From an uncultured virus (IMG/VR IMGVR_UViG_3300044627_000710) (taxonomy: Duplodnaviria; Heunggongvirae; Uroviricota; Caudoviricetes): 64,000 nt of DNA. The stretch lies in IMG/VR virus record IMGVR_UViG_3300044627_000710; one strand, 5' to 3'. The notes beneath the pieces are model-generated. The model did no database searches. It saw only the letters and a program-made list of their open reading frames with translations, and was not told the origin of the DNA. Positions 20,166 to 30,407 of the stretch are shown one piece after another (position 1 is the first letter of the stretch; each line of letters begins with the position of its first letter). The position numbers and the translations under genes are program-made.

Positions 20166-21542
20166 TTATTGGGTCAAGTCCCAGAAAGCGATAGTGCCGT
20201 AGCAGTCGCCCTGCGGAGTTGCAGAATCCACCGTGCGGATGGCAAGCGTCAAGACGTCACTGGCTCCGGCCAAGGACACGCCCAACTGCAAAGCCCAGTT
20301 ATAGCCCGCCGGATCAACCAGAGGCTGAGTACCGCCCGAGCCGCTTGAGGACACGTAGTCTGTCTGCACCAGGGTGCCGCCCGTTATGGCTGTGGCAGAG
20401 GTATCCATCTCCACGTTGGCGTCAGATGAGACGGCAGACCAAGAAGCGCCGGTCAGCGTTCCGTTCAAGAACAGGCCCACTTCATAGTTTTGGCTCGTGA
20501 TGGGAAGCAACTGCATCCGGCCAGGGAGCACCACCGCACCAAGCGCCGTAGACGCCAGACGGATCGACACCACCGGCTTGAACGTCAGTTGGATGTTGCT
20601 GAGTCTGGTCGTGCGCCGCGCCAAATGGCTCGGAGAATATTGCTCGTAGCCGCCCTCAGAGATGACCGTCGAGCAGATGTGCTTCATGCTCGCGGTGGTG
20701 AGGTTGGACAGGTTCTTGATCTCGTAGCGCACCGGCAGAATGGCCGTGGTCATGTAGACCGAACTGATGTCGTTGGCGTTGTTGAACGTGTGGCAGACGA
20801 TGTACTGGCCATTGATCACGAACCCAGTACGCACCGAGCCCACGCCCAACCACTCGAAGTCACACCAGAAAATCTGCGTCTTTGATACGTCAAGCGTGTA
20901 GCCTGATGCCCCGGTACCGTTTAACTTGTCCCCGTTCCAGTCGGCTTGGTTGACGGTGCGGATATCGCTCGGCGTTCCCGGCGTGGGCAGAGAGTCAGAG
21001 CGCATGACCATCGACAGCGTGGTGCCGTTGGCCTGGAAGAACACGCCGTTCTGGGTGTTGAAGTACCCCACACGCTGCCGGATGTTGGCCGTGGGCGTGT
21101 TCATGGCGAAGGTGGCAAGCACCAACAGGCCCTTGCCCGGTTGGTAGGACATGGAGCGGAACGTCTGCCGCACTGCCTCGGAGTTGGTGGTGCTGTCCAC
21201 CGACATCAGCACAGAGGACTCGTTGCTCAGGAATGTGGTGGATGCGCCGTTGACCGTGCTTGTGTCGAACTGATTGTCTGCAGCGTAACGTTGCTGAGAG
21301 TCAAAGAGCGTGTAGGGCTGACTGACCCGCACCCGCCCAAAGGCGTCTACGTTGGTGCCGCCGATTGAGACTGGGATGGGTGAGGTTGTAGCCACGATCT
21401 TGTTCAGCAGTGCGTTAAGGCGGTTGAAGTACAGACGCAGGACGTTGTTGAACTGCTCGTGGTACCGCGACTCGTACGCCGTTGGGGCCAGAGGTAGGTT
21501 TGGCGGCGCAGGTACGGTTGCATCTTCGATGAGAAATGTCAT
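20166..21542 (-). CDS. putative tail/virion protein
   Basis: 458-aa beta-rich ORF following the nozzle gene. Confidence 0.6.
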   Translation of the reverse strand: MTFLIEDATVPAPPNLPLAPTAYESRYHEQFNNVLRLYFNRLNALLNKIVATTSPIPVSIGGTNVDAFGRVRVSQPYTLFDSQQRYAADNQFDTSTVNGASTTFLSNESSVLMSVDSTTNSEAVRQTFRSMSYQPGKGLLVLATFAMNTPTANIRQRVGYFNTQNGVFFQANGTTLSMVMRSDSLPTPGTPSDIRTVNQADWNGDKLNGTGASGYTLDVSKTQIFWCDFEWLGVGSVRTGFVINGQYIVCHTFNNANDISSVYMTTAILPVRYEIKNLSNLTTASMKHICSTVISEGGYEQYSPSHLARRTTRLSNIQLTFKPVVSIRLASTALGAVVLPGRMQLLPITSQNYEVGLFLNGTLTGASWSAVSSDANVEMDTSATAITGGTLVQTDYVSSSGSGGTQPLVDPAGYNWALQLGVSLAGASDVLTLAIRTVDSATPQGDCYGTIAFWDLTQ

Positions 21543-21544
21543 GG

Positions 21545-23380
21545 TCAGCGCCTGCCGTCAGGACGAATATCGATTCGAGGCGCGCCCAACTGCCACGCTG
21601 TGTCGAGTTGGTTTGAGTTGATCTTGAAAATCATCTGGCGCCCGCGCACACGGGTGTAAATCTGCCCGGTGAACTCTTCGGTGATGTTGTATGTGGTGCC
21701 CTTGACGACGTTTTGACCTGCGTTATCAACACTACCTGAGCCCGAGTTGTACAGCCCGTACAGCGTCATGGTGACGGTGGGCGTGTTGGCCGTTGAGTTG
21801 CTGAAAGTCAGGTCAGGCAGTATGCGCCAGACAAACCCGAAGTTGTGGCCATCACCGATGTCGAACTCCGACGAAGAGATGTTGGCTGCGATTGGGATAG
21901 CCGTACCCGTTTCGTTGTCGTTCAGGCCGTTCTCGTGGTTAACAAGGTTGTTGCTGTAGGTCGCCGCAAACGGATAGTCGCGCAAGCCGGAGTCAAGCCA
22001 CGCCGTGCGTCCTAGCGTGCCGTAGTACCAAATCTTCTCGACGTAGTTGTAGATGACGTAGCGGTCTACGCGGGCATCGTTTGAATTTGCTGAACAGTAG
22101 AACCACCAGACTTCATTGAAGCCTTCGTTTGTCCCTGCAAAAACTTGTGCCGACTGCAACGGGTTGAAGTCTTGGAAGATGTAGCGCCGCAGATCACAGT
22201 TGAGCGTTTGCACTCGACCGTCGTAGGCGTAGAACTTATCCACACCCATCCAGTACACAACGCCAGACGCAATCGCAACAGCGTTCGGCCCCACGATGGA
22301 AATGTTGTCACCCAGAAGCTGACTGCCCCAGACAACCGGCGGCTCCAAATACTGCAACGAGTAAATGGACGAGTCCGTGAACGCCACGATTTCCTGCCGC
22401 GCCTGGATAACCGTTACGATCTCAGACCCGTGAGACAGGCGAATGCTACCGGCTTGGTTGGTGGCCGCAGGCGTCCAGTTGGTGGCGTCTTCTTGTGCCG
22501 ACCACCGGATCAGCATCGGATCAAGCGTTGAGGAGCCGTAGTCGTTGCAGCCGAATGCAAACACAAAGCGGTTGGTATCGGACACAAACAGCGTGTTCTG
22601 CACCGTGGGGACATCGGACGAACCGACAGCGGTTGCCAAGTTGTAGCCGCGCACACCCAGGCCCGTCGTGGCATCCCAGTAGTACACACCGCCGCCGCGT
22701 GGACCAAAGATCAGGTCTTCCCCCCAGTTGCTCTGGCTCCAGAGTCGGATAGACGTATTAGACGTACCACCAACACCCCACGCTCCCTCACTCCAACCAC
22801 CGGCACCCCATCCGTTAAGTGGTACAACTACAGCAGGACCGGTATTGATCTGGTATGCAGCCGAGACTGCCGAGCCGCCCGTGGTGCCCGCCGCTACAAC
22901 AGAAGCCGTGGTGATGCTGTAGGAGTTTGCGTCGATATAGGTGATCTGGTACTCGGCGTTGAGCAACGTAGCGTAGGTGCCCGTCACACCGCTGAAAGTC
23001 ACGAAGTCGTTGTTATTTGCGCCATGAGCAGGCGCGTTGACCACCACCGTAGTGGTGCCGTTTCCGGTAAATGGGTTGGCAGGCAGTGTTGTGGTAGCGC
23101 GAATCGGGGTGACGTCGTTATACGCGCCGCCCCGCTCAATATAGAACTTCAGGTTGGTGCCAACGCCAACAAGGTTCAGGTTACCAAGCGTCACCCAGTT
23201 CCACAAAGAGCGGCACAAGCCAAGAAAAGTGCTAGAAGAAATGCGCTCCCACCCACCAATGATCTCGGGATTGCCTTGGCGAAAGCGCACCTTGTCGCAC
23301 TCATACCAACCGCCCTCAGTCGTGTACCGCGTGTTCTCGCGGTTCACTCCGGGCTTGAACAGGATTTTCTGGAGTGGCAT
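21545..23380 (-). CDS. tail nozzle / DNA stabilisation protein (P22 gp10 or T7 gp12-like)
   Basis: 611 aa, beta-propeller-like; IRWS..W..ATNQAGSIRL, EVWWFYCS, RTAW; position. Confidence 0.7.
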   Translation of the reverse strand: MPLQKILFKPGVNRENTRYTTEGGWYECDKVRFRQGNPEIIGGWERISSSTFLGLCRSLWNWVTLGNLNLVGVGTNLKFYIERGGAYNDVTPIRATTTLPANPFTGNGTTTVVVNAPAHGANNNDFVTFSGVTGTYATLLNAEYQITYIDANSYSITTASVVAAGTTGGSAVSAAYQINTGPAVVVPLNGWGAGGWSEGAWGVGGTSNTSIRLWSQSNWGEDLIFGPRGGGVYYWDATTGLGVRGYNLATAVGSSDVPTVQNTLFVSDTNRFVFAFGCNDYGSSTLDPMLIRWSAQEDATNWTPAATNQAGSIRLSHGSEIVTVIQARQEIVAFTDSSIYSLQYLEPPVVWGSQLLGDNISIVGPNAVAIASGVVYWMGVDKFYAYDGRVQTLNCDLRRYIFQDFNPLQSAQVFAGTNEGFNEVWWFYCSANSNDARVDRYVIYNYVEKIWYYGTLGRTAWLDSGLRDYPFAATYSNNLVNHENGLNDNETGTAIPIAANISSSEFDIGDGHNFGFVWRILPDLTFSNSTANTPTVTMTLYGLYNSGSGSVDNAGQNVVKGTTYNITEEFTGQIYTRVRGRQMIFKINSNQLDTAWQLGAPRIDIRPDGRR

Positions 23381-23395
23381 AACCGTATTCTCGTG

Positions 23396-23899
23396 TCAAG
23401 ACAAGAAAAGGGCAATCTCTGCTTCACGGCGTTTTACCAGACCCGGCAGGACTTTGCCGCCGCCCATCGTCCACTGGCGGAAGGCGTCTGCCGCCCCGTT
23501 CCAGTCGTCCCGGTTGGCCCGCATCCTGATCTGACTGCGCTGAAGGTTGCCTAGCCCTGCATTAAAGGCAAAACTGACCAGAGCGTCAAAGCTGCCTTGA
23601 CGGCCAGATACGCCGGGAACAAGTCGAAGAACACCGCGTTCAAAAGTCCCGACATCATCACGGAATAGTTCGTCGATCTCCGTCTTGGTCCAGACACGGC
23701 TGTCCTCCGGCTTCAGGGGGAACTCGTTGCGGAGCATCCCGGTGTAGCCTTCCTTGCGGATGACCGGGAGCCTAATCTGCTCTTGGTACAAGACGTGGCC
23801 GTAGCCAATCGTCCAGATGTGGGCAGGGCAAAGGTAGGGTTTACTCCTAAACCCCTCATACTTGTGCATGAGGTCTTCGCCCGCCTTGCTCAGTTTCAC
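23396..23899 (-). CDS. endolysin, GH24 lysozyme
   Basis: YEGFRSKPYLCPAHIWTIGYGH, DALVSFAFNAG, LPGLVKRREAEIALF. Confidence 0.92.
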   Translation of the reverse strand: MKLSKAGEDLMHKYEGFRSKPYLCPAHIWTIGYGHVLYQEQIRLPVIRKEGYTGMLRNEFPLKPEDSRVWTKTEIDELFRDDVGTFERGVLRLVPGVSGRQGSFDALVSFAFNAGLGNLQRSQIRMRANRDDWNGAADAFRQWTMGGGKVLPGLVKRREAEIALFLS

Positions 23900-24399
23900 T
23901 TCTTACTCCACTGGCGAGAACCGAACCAGTAGCCGATGATGCCCCCGAGGATCGCCATCTCGTCGGCAGAGAAGATCAGGTCAGAGTACAGGATGATGTC
24001 GTCCATGCTCTGAATGAGCGTCGGATGGTTCCACAGGTACCACGCCATGAAGGCGTTGATGGCCACCAACTCAAACACGAAGATGTAGGTAACCGTAGGC
24101 CGGACGGTGCCGGTGTAGTTCACCACCCACCGGGAAGCCTTGTCCATGATCTTCTGGTCGTGCGCCAGAGCAGCCTCGGTCATCCGGGCGTCAGTCTCCA
24201 TCGCCACCTGCTCGGTGCGAATCTCCTCCATCCGGGCCTGGGCTGCAAAACCTGCCGCTGCCAGTTGAAGTTCGCGCTCGGTCTGAACCTGAGCCAACTT
24301 CAGTTCATGGGCTTGATCTGCCTTGTTCTGGAAGTATTCAAGCAATTTGGGCAGGCCCGAGAGCAGCAAGCCCCCGAGGGTGGAAAGAAGCGACAGCAT
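23896..24399 (-). CDS. putative holin
   Basis: Hydrophobic segments, VRPTVTY, C-terminal GYWFGSR; overlaps endolysin start. Confidence 0.6.
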   Translation of the reverse strand: MLSLLSTLGGLLLSGLPKLLEYFQNKADQAHELKLAQVQTERELQLAAAGFAAQARMEEIRTEQVAMETDARMTEAALAHDQKIMDKASRWVVNYTGTVRPTVTYIFVFELVAINAFMAWYLWNHPTLIQSMDDIILYSDLIFSADEMAILGGIIGYWFGSRQWSKK

Positions 24400-24400
24400 C

Positions 24401-24877
24401 TCAGGCTCCTAGAGCAAAGAAAAACAGAAGCACCCCAACCGCCCCCACGCCGATGGAGGCATAGAACAGGCTCAGGGTGACGGCCAGGATGGCCGCAGAG
24501 GACAGGACGATGGCCAGTTGCAGTGCCATGCCGGAGTAGGAGTAGTAGGAAGACTTGGCCTTGGCAGCATCGCGCTTGGCTTCAGCCGCACGGGCCTTTT
24601 CCATGATCTCGTCCATGTCGGCGCGTTGCTTCGTGGCCTTCTGCTCGTTGTTGGTGACCTCGTAGATGGTCGCCCGAACATTCTTGGCCTGATACCACGC
24701 CCACAGGTTGTTGGACTCTATGGTTCCGTTGAGAACCGCAGATGAGTTCCTTCCGGCAAAGTAATTTGTAACAGCAAGGAGTAGAGCAAGCAGGCTAATA
24801 GAAACCGCAGCAAGAGCCTTGACATGGGCCTCCCTCTCTGAACGGCTTGCACCCTCCGGCGGCTTCCTGAAACTCAT
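24401..24877 (-). CDS. DUF4337-like membrane protein
   Basis: TM - WAWYQAKNVR - coiled coil - LQLAIVLSSAAIL TM pair. Confidence 0.6.
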   Translation of the reverse strand: MSFRKPPEGASRSEREAHVKALAAVSISLLALLLAVTNYFAGRNSSAVLNGTIESNNLWAWYQAKNVRATIYEVTNNEQKATKQRADMDEIMEKARAAEAKRDAAKAKSSYYSYSGMALQLAIVLSSAAILAVTLSLFYASIGVGAVGVLLFFFALGA

Positions 24878-25368
24878 TGCTGTGCCTTGTCGATTAAGTA
24901 GTAACCCACCGCGATCAGGGCGGTTGCCACGAAGGCAATCGCTGCGCCGTACTTGGCGTTGAGCATGAACTCCTGCTGCCGCAGGCGGTGCTCTCGGTCT
25001 TTCTTCTCGCGCTCCTTCTTGAGTCGGATGCGCTCCATGATCATCTCGTTGTACACGTTCTCACCGTAGTGAGCGATGATCAACAACTTCAGTTCGTACT
25101 CCTGCTTGACCAACGCCTGCTTGTGCATCGTGATCTGCAAGGCTTCCTGCTCGATACTGCCGTCGTGCAACAGGCGCTTAAAGACAGAGGGCTTCTTGTT
25201 GGCCTTCTCGTTGGCTAGGCGGTTGAAGTCCCCGAAAGCGCCGTACCACTTACCAATCTGACCGGCAACGTCCTGAATCTCGCGGCCTGTGGCGACGAGT
25301 TTCTTAACGGCCCCAAATGCAGCATTCGCCGCTGATACTGCCGCGAGAATGCCGGTTATCGGTTCCAT
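24874..25368 (-). CDS. coiled-coil membrane protein
   Basis: MEPITGILAA start, coiled coil, C-terminal TM. Confidence 0.65.
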   Translation of the reverse strand: MEPITGILAAVSAANAAFGAVKKLVATGREIQDVAGQIGKWYGAFGDFNRLANEKANKKPSVFKRLLHDGSIEQEALQITMHKQALVKQEYELKLLIIAHYGENVYNEMIMERIRLKKEREKKDREHRLRQQEFMLNAKYGAAIAFVATALIAVGYYLIDKAQQ

Positions 25369-25371
25369 ACA

Positions 25372-25647
25372 CTACTTGTTCCCCTTGGCGATGCGCTCGC
25401 GTTCCTCAAGCAGCCTGACCTTGACTTGCAACTCGTTGATGTGCGCCATCAGTTGCTCTTTCAGGATCGCCCTGCGTTCTGCGCTGATTGGGCTGTCGGT
25501 GGGCACGCCTTCCTTGGTGATGAGCGCGGGCATCTGCCCCTCAATCTTGGTCAGACGCTCGGAGAAGGATGCCACTTGACCGAGTAGCCACGCCAGTGCG
25601 GCCACCACGATGGGAATGACTGCTTTGAGAACATCTGACCATGCCAT
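25372..25647 (-). CDS. small membrane-anchored coiled-coil protein
   Basis: N-terminal TM followed by heptad pattern. Confidence 0.6.
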   Translation of the reverse strand: MAWSDVLKAVIPIVVAALAWLLGQVASFSERLTKIEGQMPALITKEGVPTDSPISAERRAILKEQLMAHINELQVKVRLLEERERIAKGNK

Positions 25648-25648
25648 G

Positions 25649-25852
25649 TCACAACCCTAGAAGTTTCTTCACCACTTCTGCCATTGCGCCAGGGCCGAGC
25701 AGGACCGCGCCTAGCGTGATGTACAGCCAGATTTCGATGCGGCTCATACGCCTGCTGCCGTCGTCAAGACGCTTCTCAATAGCCTCGTACCGTTGGGCGC
25801 AGACTGCTTCATGCACCGCCACGCGGACTTCAACTGACTCTTCCACAATCAA
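25649..25852 (-). CDS. small membrane protein (XhlA-like topology)
   Basis: HEAVCAQRY coiled coil plus C-terminal TM; RBS AGGAG. Confidence 0.6.
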   Translation of the reverse strand: MIVEESVEVRVAVHEAVCAQRYEAIEKRLDDGSRRMSRIEIWLYITLGAVLLGPGAMAEVVKKLLGL

Positions 25853-25878
25853 ACTCCTGTTAGCTATGCATGCCCGAC

Positions 25879-26592
25879 CTACGGAGTGACGTAAGTAAGC
25901 GTCACGCTCCCGCTTATGGTGCCGAAAACTGATGTGTAGGTTGAGGGAACAATCACGCTGTAAGCTGTGCCTGGAACAACAGCTTGGCTTGCCAAAACTA
26001 TTGTTGTCGGAGAACCGCTCGGGGCTATACCGCCTGCCGCAGATGAGCCAAACATGATTGTTGCCCCACCGTCTTGTGCGTCGCGGTACACCTCGATACC
26101 GTTACTGGAGTTATAAGCGAAGAAGGTTTTGAAAGAGGTGTTTATCTGCGCAGGATAAAAAGTGGTTCCTGCAAACGTACCGCGAATCGTGTACGTAGGG
26201 CCATAAAACGTCACATTGTCCGCTATAAGCGTTGTGTCGCCGTTACTGAGCAGCCACGATGTTTGACCTACAGCACCTGATATTGTGCGTACCCCGGGGG
26301 CACCCACATCAAATACGGGAGTGGCGTTAGCCACCCAAGCGGCGATACCGTTATCAACACTGGCCTGTGTAGGCGGTGTTGAACTTGTGTACTCTCCACG
26401 AGGGCCAATAAGCGGATAATCCCAATAGGCCGGGATTACGGGTTGCCCAATAAGCACTGCGCGAACATTCGTAACGCCTGCCGGGGCTGTCCACGAACTC
26501 GTTGTGAAAAACGATACGGTGGTTGCGGTGCCACCAGACAAAAAGCCCAAGGCTTTTGCCGACGCCACGCCGCGAGTGCTTATTACTGGCAT
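25879..26592 (-). CDS. putative tail fibre/adhesin
   Basis: MPVISTRGVASAKALGF start, FTTSSWTAPAGVT; lower GC. Confidence 0.55.
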   Translation of the reverse strand: MPVISTRGVASAKALGFLSGGTATTVSFFTTSSWTAPAGVTNVRAVLIGQPVIPAYWDYPLIGPRGEYTSSTPPTQASVDNGIAAWVANATPVFDVGAPGVRTISGAVGQTSWLLSNGDTTLIADNVTFYGPTYTIRGTFAGTTFYPAQINTSFKTFFAYNSSNGIEVYRDAQDGGATIMFGSSAAGGIAPSGSPTTIVLASQAVVPGTAYSVIVPSTYTSVFGTISGSVTLTYVTP

Positions 26593-26593
26593 A

Positions 26594-27616
26594 TCAAGCA
26601 AACCTCGTTTGAGACGCAAGTACGGTGAACGTGGCCGAAGCTGTCTTGATTATTGTGTATGAGTACACATCAATGCCGTTTGCGTTACCTGAAATTGGCG
26701 TGTTGCCGTTCTGCCACTTAGGTGTTACCGAGACGCCGTCCACTTGTATGACGTTGTTGTAGTATGCGGTGCTGCCTTGAGTGACAAGAAACGCGGCGGT
26801 TACAGACTCGCCAACAGCCAGTGCGGTATTTAGGCTTGTGCCGCTTGATGCTCGGAAGTTGACCGTCCAGTTTCCAGATGCGTTCGTCGTGTAGTAGACG
26901 ACGGACTGTGTCGTCAAGTCGTAGTTAATCGTTCCTGTTGCGGCAGTGGCACTGACAGTAACGGCCTCAATAGCGTTGAGCAACTTGGTGCCAAGCGTAC
27001 TGGTGCTGCCGGTAAAGGTCTGCTTAGCCGTAAAGTTTGTGGCTGTGCCAGGAGCGACATAGTCCGTACCCGCAGTGGCGGCGCTAAGCGCTGTGCCATT
27101 ACCTTTGACAAGCCCGTTGACCGTGGTGGACAGCGTAAGCGTGGGAGTTGATCCGCCGCTGCTTGTACCGGCAAGCCCGTTGGACGATGCCACTGCGACC
27201 GAAGAAATCCCGATGCTTGAAGACAGCTTTACAAAATCGCTGCCGTTCCAAGCAACGATTGCATTCTCACTGACACCAACAGTGACGCCCGTGGTCGGGC
27301 CTGCGCCACGAATCTTGACCGTGTACGTGCCGGAGGTGTTGATCACCACATAGGTTTTACTCGCCGCCGGGGCGGTAACGGTGATGTTGGCTACATGCCC
27401 CGACGCGATGATGATGGCGTACTGAGAAGACGTGGAGCCTAGCGATGTGCCCGTAGTCTTGGTCAGCGTGGTGTCGGCGTTGACTGTCAGCGCACCGGCC
27501 ACCGAAGCGTCGAGGTACGACGTGATGTAGTTGTTGACGGTGTCACCCCAGGTGCCCGACAGTTCGCCCGTGACTGGCAGCGCCAGACCGAGCAGGGAGG
27601 TGTACGCGGTGGTCAT
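26594..27616 (-). CDS. tail fibre-like protein
   Basis: GELSGTWGDTVN start, GLVKGNG..AGTDYV repeat, Thr/Ser-rich. Confidence 0.65.
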   Translation of the reverse strand: MTTAYTSLLGLALPVTGELSGTWGDTVNNYITSYLDASVAGALTVNADTTLTKTTGTSLGSTSSQYAIIIASGHVANITVTAPAASKTYVVINTSGTYTVKIRGAGPTTGVTVGVSENAIVAWNGSDFVKLSSSIGISSVAVASSNGLAGTSSGGSTPTLTLSTTVNGLVKGNGTALSAATAGTDYVAPGTATNFTAKQTFTGSTSTLGTKLLNAIEAVTVSATAATGTINYDLTTQSVVYYTTNASGNWTVNFRASSGTSLNTALAVGESVTAAFLVTQGSTAYYNNVIQVDGVSVTPKWQNGNTPISGNANGIDVYSYTIIKTASATFTVLASQTRFA

Positions 27617-27626
27617 TCAAGTCTCC

Positions 27627-28004
27627 TTACGCCAACAAGTCCCACTGTTGGGCGTCTTCATTCCAGACATAACGCTTGAGCGCTTCAGGCGTCCCAATGT
27701 CCGTGGGGAACGGAACGGGCGCATACCACTGACAAGTATCCTCGTTCAGCAGCCAAGAAGCAAACGGCTTGGGCGGGATGAACGCATCGCGGGTGCTGTC
27801 GTAGGTGAAACCCTGACCCGCGTAGTTCTTGCGCTTGTTGCCGTTGTATGACGTTTGCACCCAGGTGCCGCCAAACAGATTGCGGCAGAACTCTGCGCCC
27901 TTGGCTTCCTGCTCAACACCGTGCTCATCAAGAAGTTCGTTGTTGTGCACGACGATGACGCGAAGCACCGTGTTGTTCAGACCGATCTCAGCAAAGTGGG
28001 CCAC
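27627..28004 (-). CDS. tail-associated small protein
   Basis: GAGGAG RBS plus GTG start giving MAHFAE..WVQTSYN..RKNYAG. Confidence 0.7.
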   Translation of the reverse strand: MAHFAEIGLNNTVLRVIVVHNNELLDEHGVEQEAKGAEFCRNLFGGTWVQTSYNGNKRKNYAGQGFTYDSTRDAFIPPKPFASWLLNEDTCQWYAPVPFPTDIGTPEALKRYVWNEDAQQWDLLA

Positions 28005-28014
28005 GCATTTCTCC

Positions 28015-28344
28015 TCAGATGGTAATGCTGCCGCTATTGCTGCCCACCGTAATAGTGTCAGCAGAACTTCCGGCAAAGATAATATCTCCGCCAAGGTTGA
28101 CCTCAACCACAGGTAGCACTTCTTCCACGGGCGCGGCCATCCACTTCTGCTCTGACTGGCTCCAGTTGTAGACCATGCCGGGTTCGTTGGGGCACACAGG
28201 CCGCACCACCCATCCGGGCGGGAACCACCACACCACCTCCTGACCTTCGCCGGGAGTCGGGGCTACCTCGACTTCGATCCACCCTTCGGTGCCGTCAGTC
28301 TCAGTCTTGGGGATAGAGCCGTTCTTGGAGTAAAGCATGGTCAT
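28015..28344 (-). CDS. hypothetical tail-associated protein
   Basis: Tightly packed ORF, Trp/Pro-rich like fibre chaperones. Confidence 0.6.
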   Translation of the reverse strand: MTMLYSKNGSIPKTETDGTEGWIEVEVAPTPGEGQEVVWWFPPGWVVRPVCPNEPGMVYNWSQSEQKWMAAPVEEVLPVVEVNLGGDIIFAGSSADTITVGSNSGSITI

Positions 28345-28346
28345 CC

Positions 28347-30404
28347 TCAGAGAAGCGGGAATGCCGTGGTCGGCGGCGTGAAGTTGGCGGTGTACCGGGC
28401 ATAGCCCTTGGTGATGCGGAGGTCGTCGATGTATCCGTTGAGCGAGAACGCCGCATTCGATGCGCCGCCGATGGATAGGGGGTCTGTAGTCACAGCGGGC
28501 GACCCCGTATAACTGCCAGACCCAACATTAGTCCCGTTTGAGTAAATGGTTACTGTGTTTCCGTTACGGACAACAGCAACATGAACCCAACTCCCAACGG
28601 TGTATGCTGATCCAGAAGAGTTAACTACGAGCGAAAAACCAGCCCCGTTGTCGCTTAAATACACATTTATTTGACCACCGGATAACTGAACAACGTACGG
28701 GTTAAATGTGCTGCTTGAGCCTTTTGATACAACATCCGCTCGACTGGTGTTGTTTGCGTATACCCAAAACTCAATCGTCCAATTACCCGTGCCAAAGTTC
28801 ATCCAGGGCGCGTTTGCTGTTACACACACATCACCCGTGCCATCAAACAACATCGACGCCCCACCGAACTTGCTCTGCGCGGTGCTGATTTGCGTAGCGC
28901 CAACCGTTTCAAGGTTGTTCATCATCGCGTTGTCGATGATGCCTGCGTTGGTGAAGTTCAGCAGGAGGCTAGTGTTGGTAATTGCTGTGACAGGCGAAGA
29001 AGGGGGTGTGAAACTACTTGTATAGACAGCAGAACCTTGAACAACGCGCAAATTACTAAGGTAGCCAGTAAGCAATGCCGCGCCGGTACCAAGGTAAGTT
29101 ACAGCGCTTGTTGTTGATATCGCTCCAGACACAGTTATTGTGGAACTGGACACTACGCCGTTCAAAAATAGACGAACTGTAGTTCCTGAGCGCGTCAACG
29201 CAACATGATTCCATTGTCCCGCCACGGCTGTACTTTGATGGGTCAAGGTTGTGGATGTCGCCCCATCTGTTGAAACATCGGCACGCAACGCAGAACTAAA
29301 AGAAACTTGTATGCTTACAAGTGGGTATGCATCACCGCTTCTGTACAAATAAAACGGTGTGCTAATAGCGGTTGAATAAACCCAAAATTCAATATCAAAG
29401 TCTCCATTGAAAGATGGCAGACTGCTAGTGGTCAGCGAATCCCCACTCCCATCAAAGTAACCACTCCCGCCATCAGTGCCTGCGGCATAGGGCGCAGTCG
29501 GAGAGAACGGGCTGAAGCGTTGGATGCTCACATCGCCGTTGCGCGTGATGGTTAGTGCGTTGGTGCTATTGTCGATAAAGCGATTGCTTTGGCAGGTCAG
29601 CAGCGAGGTATTAGTGACAGCGGTGAGCGGTGAAGTTGGTACGGTGAAGTTGGCAGTATAAAGAGCGGTGCCTTTAACAAACCGAAGATTGGAGATATAG
29701 CCGTTGAGTCTGGTTGTAGAAGCGGGGGATTCGCTGTTTGCTCCAATTGTCAATGCCGCCGAATTTGTCACTAACGCTCCGCTAAGCGTTCCGGTGGAAC
29801 CGACCGAAGTTCCGTTCAAGAACATATATACGGTGTTGCTAGAACGAGTTACAGCAACATGATACCAAGTTCCAGTTGCCAAAGCTGTAGTAGAAAGCGG
29901 GCCAACTTCCCAGTTACTACCAGAAGTTGACATATATAAGTTTAACACCCCGCCTGCAGACAAAAACATATTGAACGGAGCGTAAATCGATTCGTCTGCT
30001 CGTTTACTCAATAAACCGACTGCCGAGCCAGACGGTATACGATTGACATAAAACCAATACTCAATCGTAAAGTTTCCAGAACCAAACTCAAATGCCGAAT
30101 TAGTAGGCGAAGATAGCCAATCTCCGGTTCCGTCAAAATAATTACCCCAGTTGCTCCCATACGGCGCAAAGGTGCCCTGGCTCGTGTTGCCGTTGCGGGT
30201 GATGGTGAAGTTGTTGGTGCTGCTGTCGAGGAACGTGTTGTTCTGCGCCCCGTTGGTGCCGTCTCCTGGGAGCAGCATCGTGACGTACTCAAAGTATGGA
30301 TCGGGAAGAATCAGCGGTGGCCAGTTATCGCCTTGCTCTGCACGCTTCTGTTTCTTCAGCGTCCAGATGCCTGACGCAGAGGATTGGGACGGGAACTGAG
30401 CCAT
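28347..30404 (-). CDS. adhesin with three LamG/concanavalin A-like domains
   Basis: Three repeats of F/W-T/D-IE-x-W..W-x-HVA..NG..GY-I/L-xxLR. Confidence 0.85.
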   Translation of the reverse strand: MAQFPSQSSASGIWTLKKQKRAEQGDNWPPLILPDPYFEYVTMLLPGDGTNGAQNNTFLDSSTNNFTITRNGNTSQGTFAPYGSNWGNYFDGTGDWLSSPTNSAFEFGSGNFTIEYWFYVNRIPSGSAVGLLSKRADESIYAPFNMFLSAGGVLNLYMSTSGSNWEVGPLSTTALATGTWYHVAVTRSSNTVYMFLNGTSVGSTGTLSGALVTNSAALTIGANSESPASTTRLNGYISNLRFVKGTALYTANFTVPTSPLTAVTNTSLLTCQSNRFIDNSTNALTITRNGDVSIQRFSPFSPTAPYAAGTDGGSGYFDGSGDSLTTSSLPSFNGDFDIEFWVYSTAISTPFYLYRSGDAYPLVSIQVSFSSALRADVSTDGATSTTLTHQSTAVAGQWNHVALTRSGTTVRLFLNGVVSSSTITVSGAISTTSAVTYLGTGAALLTGYLSNLRVVQGSAVYTSSFTPPSSPVTAITNTSLLLNFTNAGIIDNAMMNNLETVGATQISTAQSKFGGASMLFDGTGDVCVTANAPWMNFGTGNWTIEFWVYANNTSRADVVSKGSSSTFNPYVVQLSGGQINVYLSDNGAGFSLVVNSSGSAYTVGSWVHVAVVRNGNTVTIYSNGTNVGSGSYTGSPAVTTDPLSIGGASNAAFSLNGYIDDLRITKGYARYTANFTPPTTAFPLL

Positions 30405-30407
30405 GCG

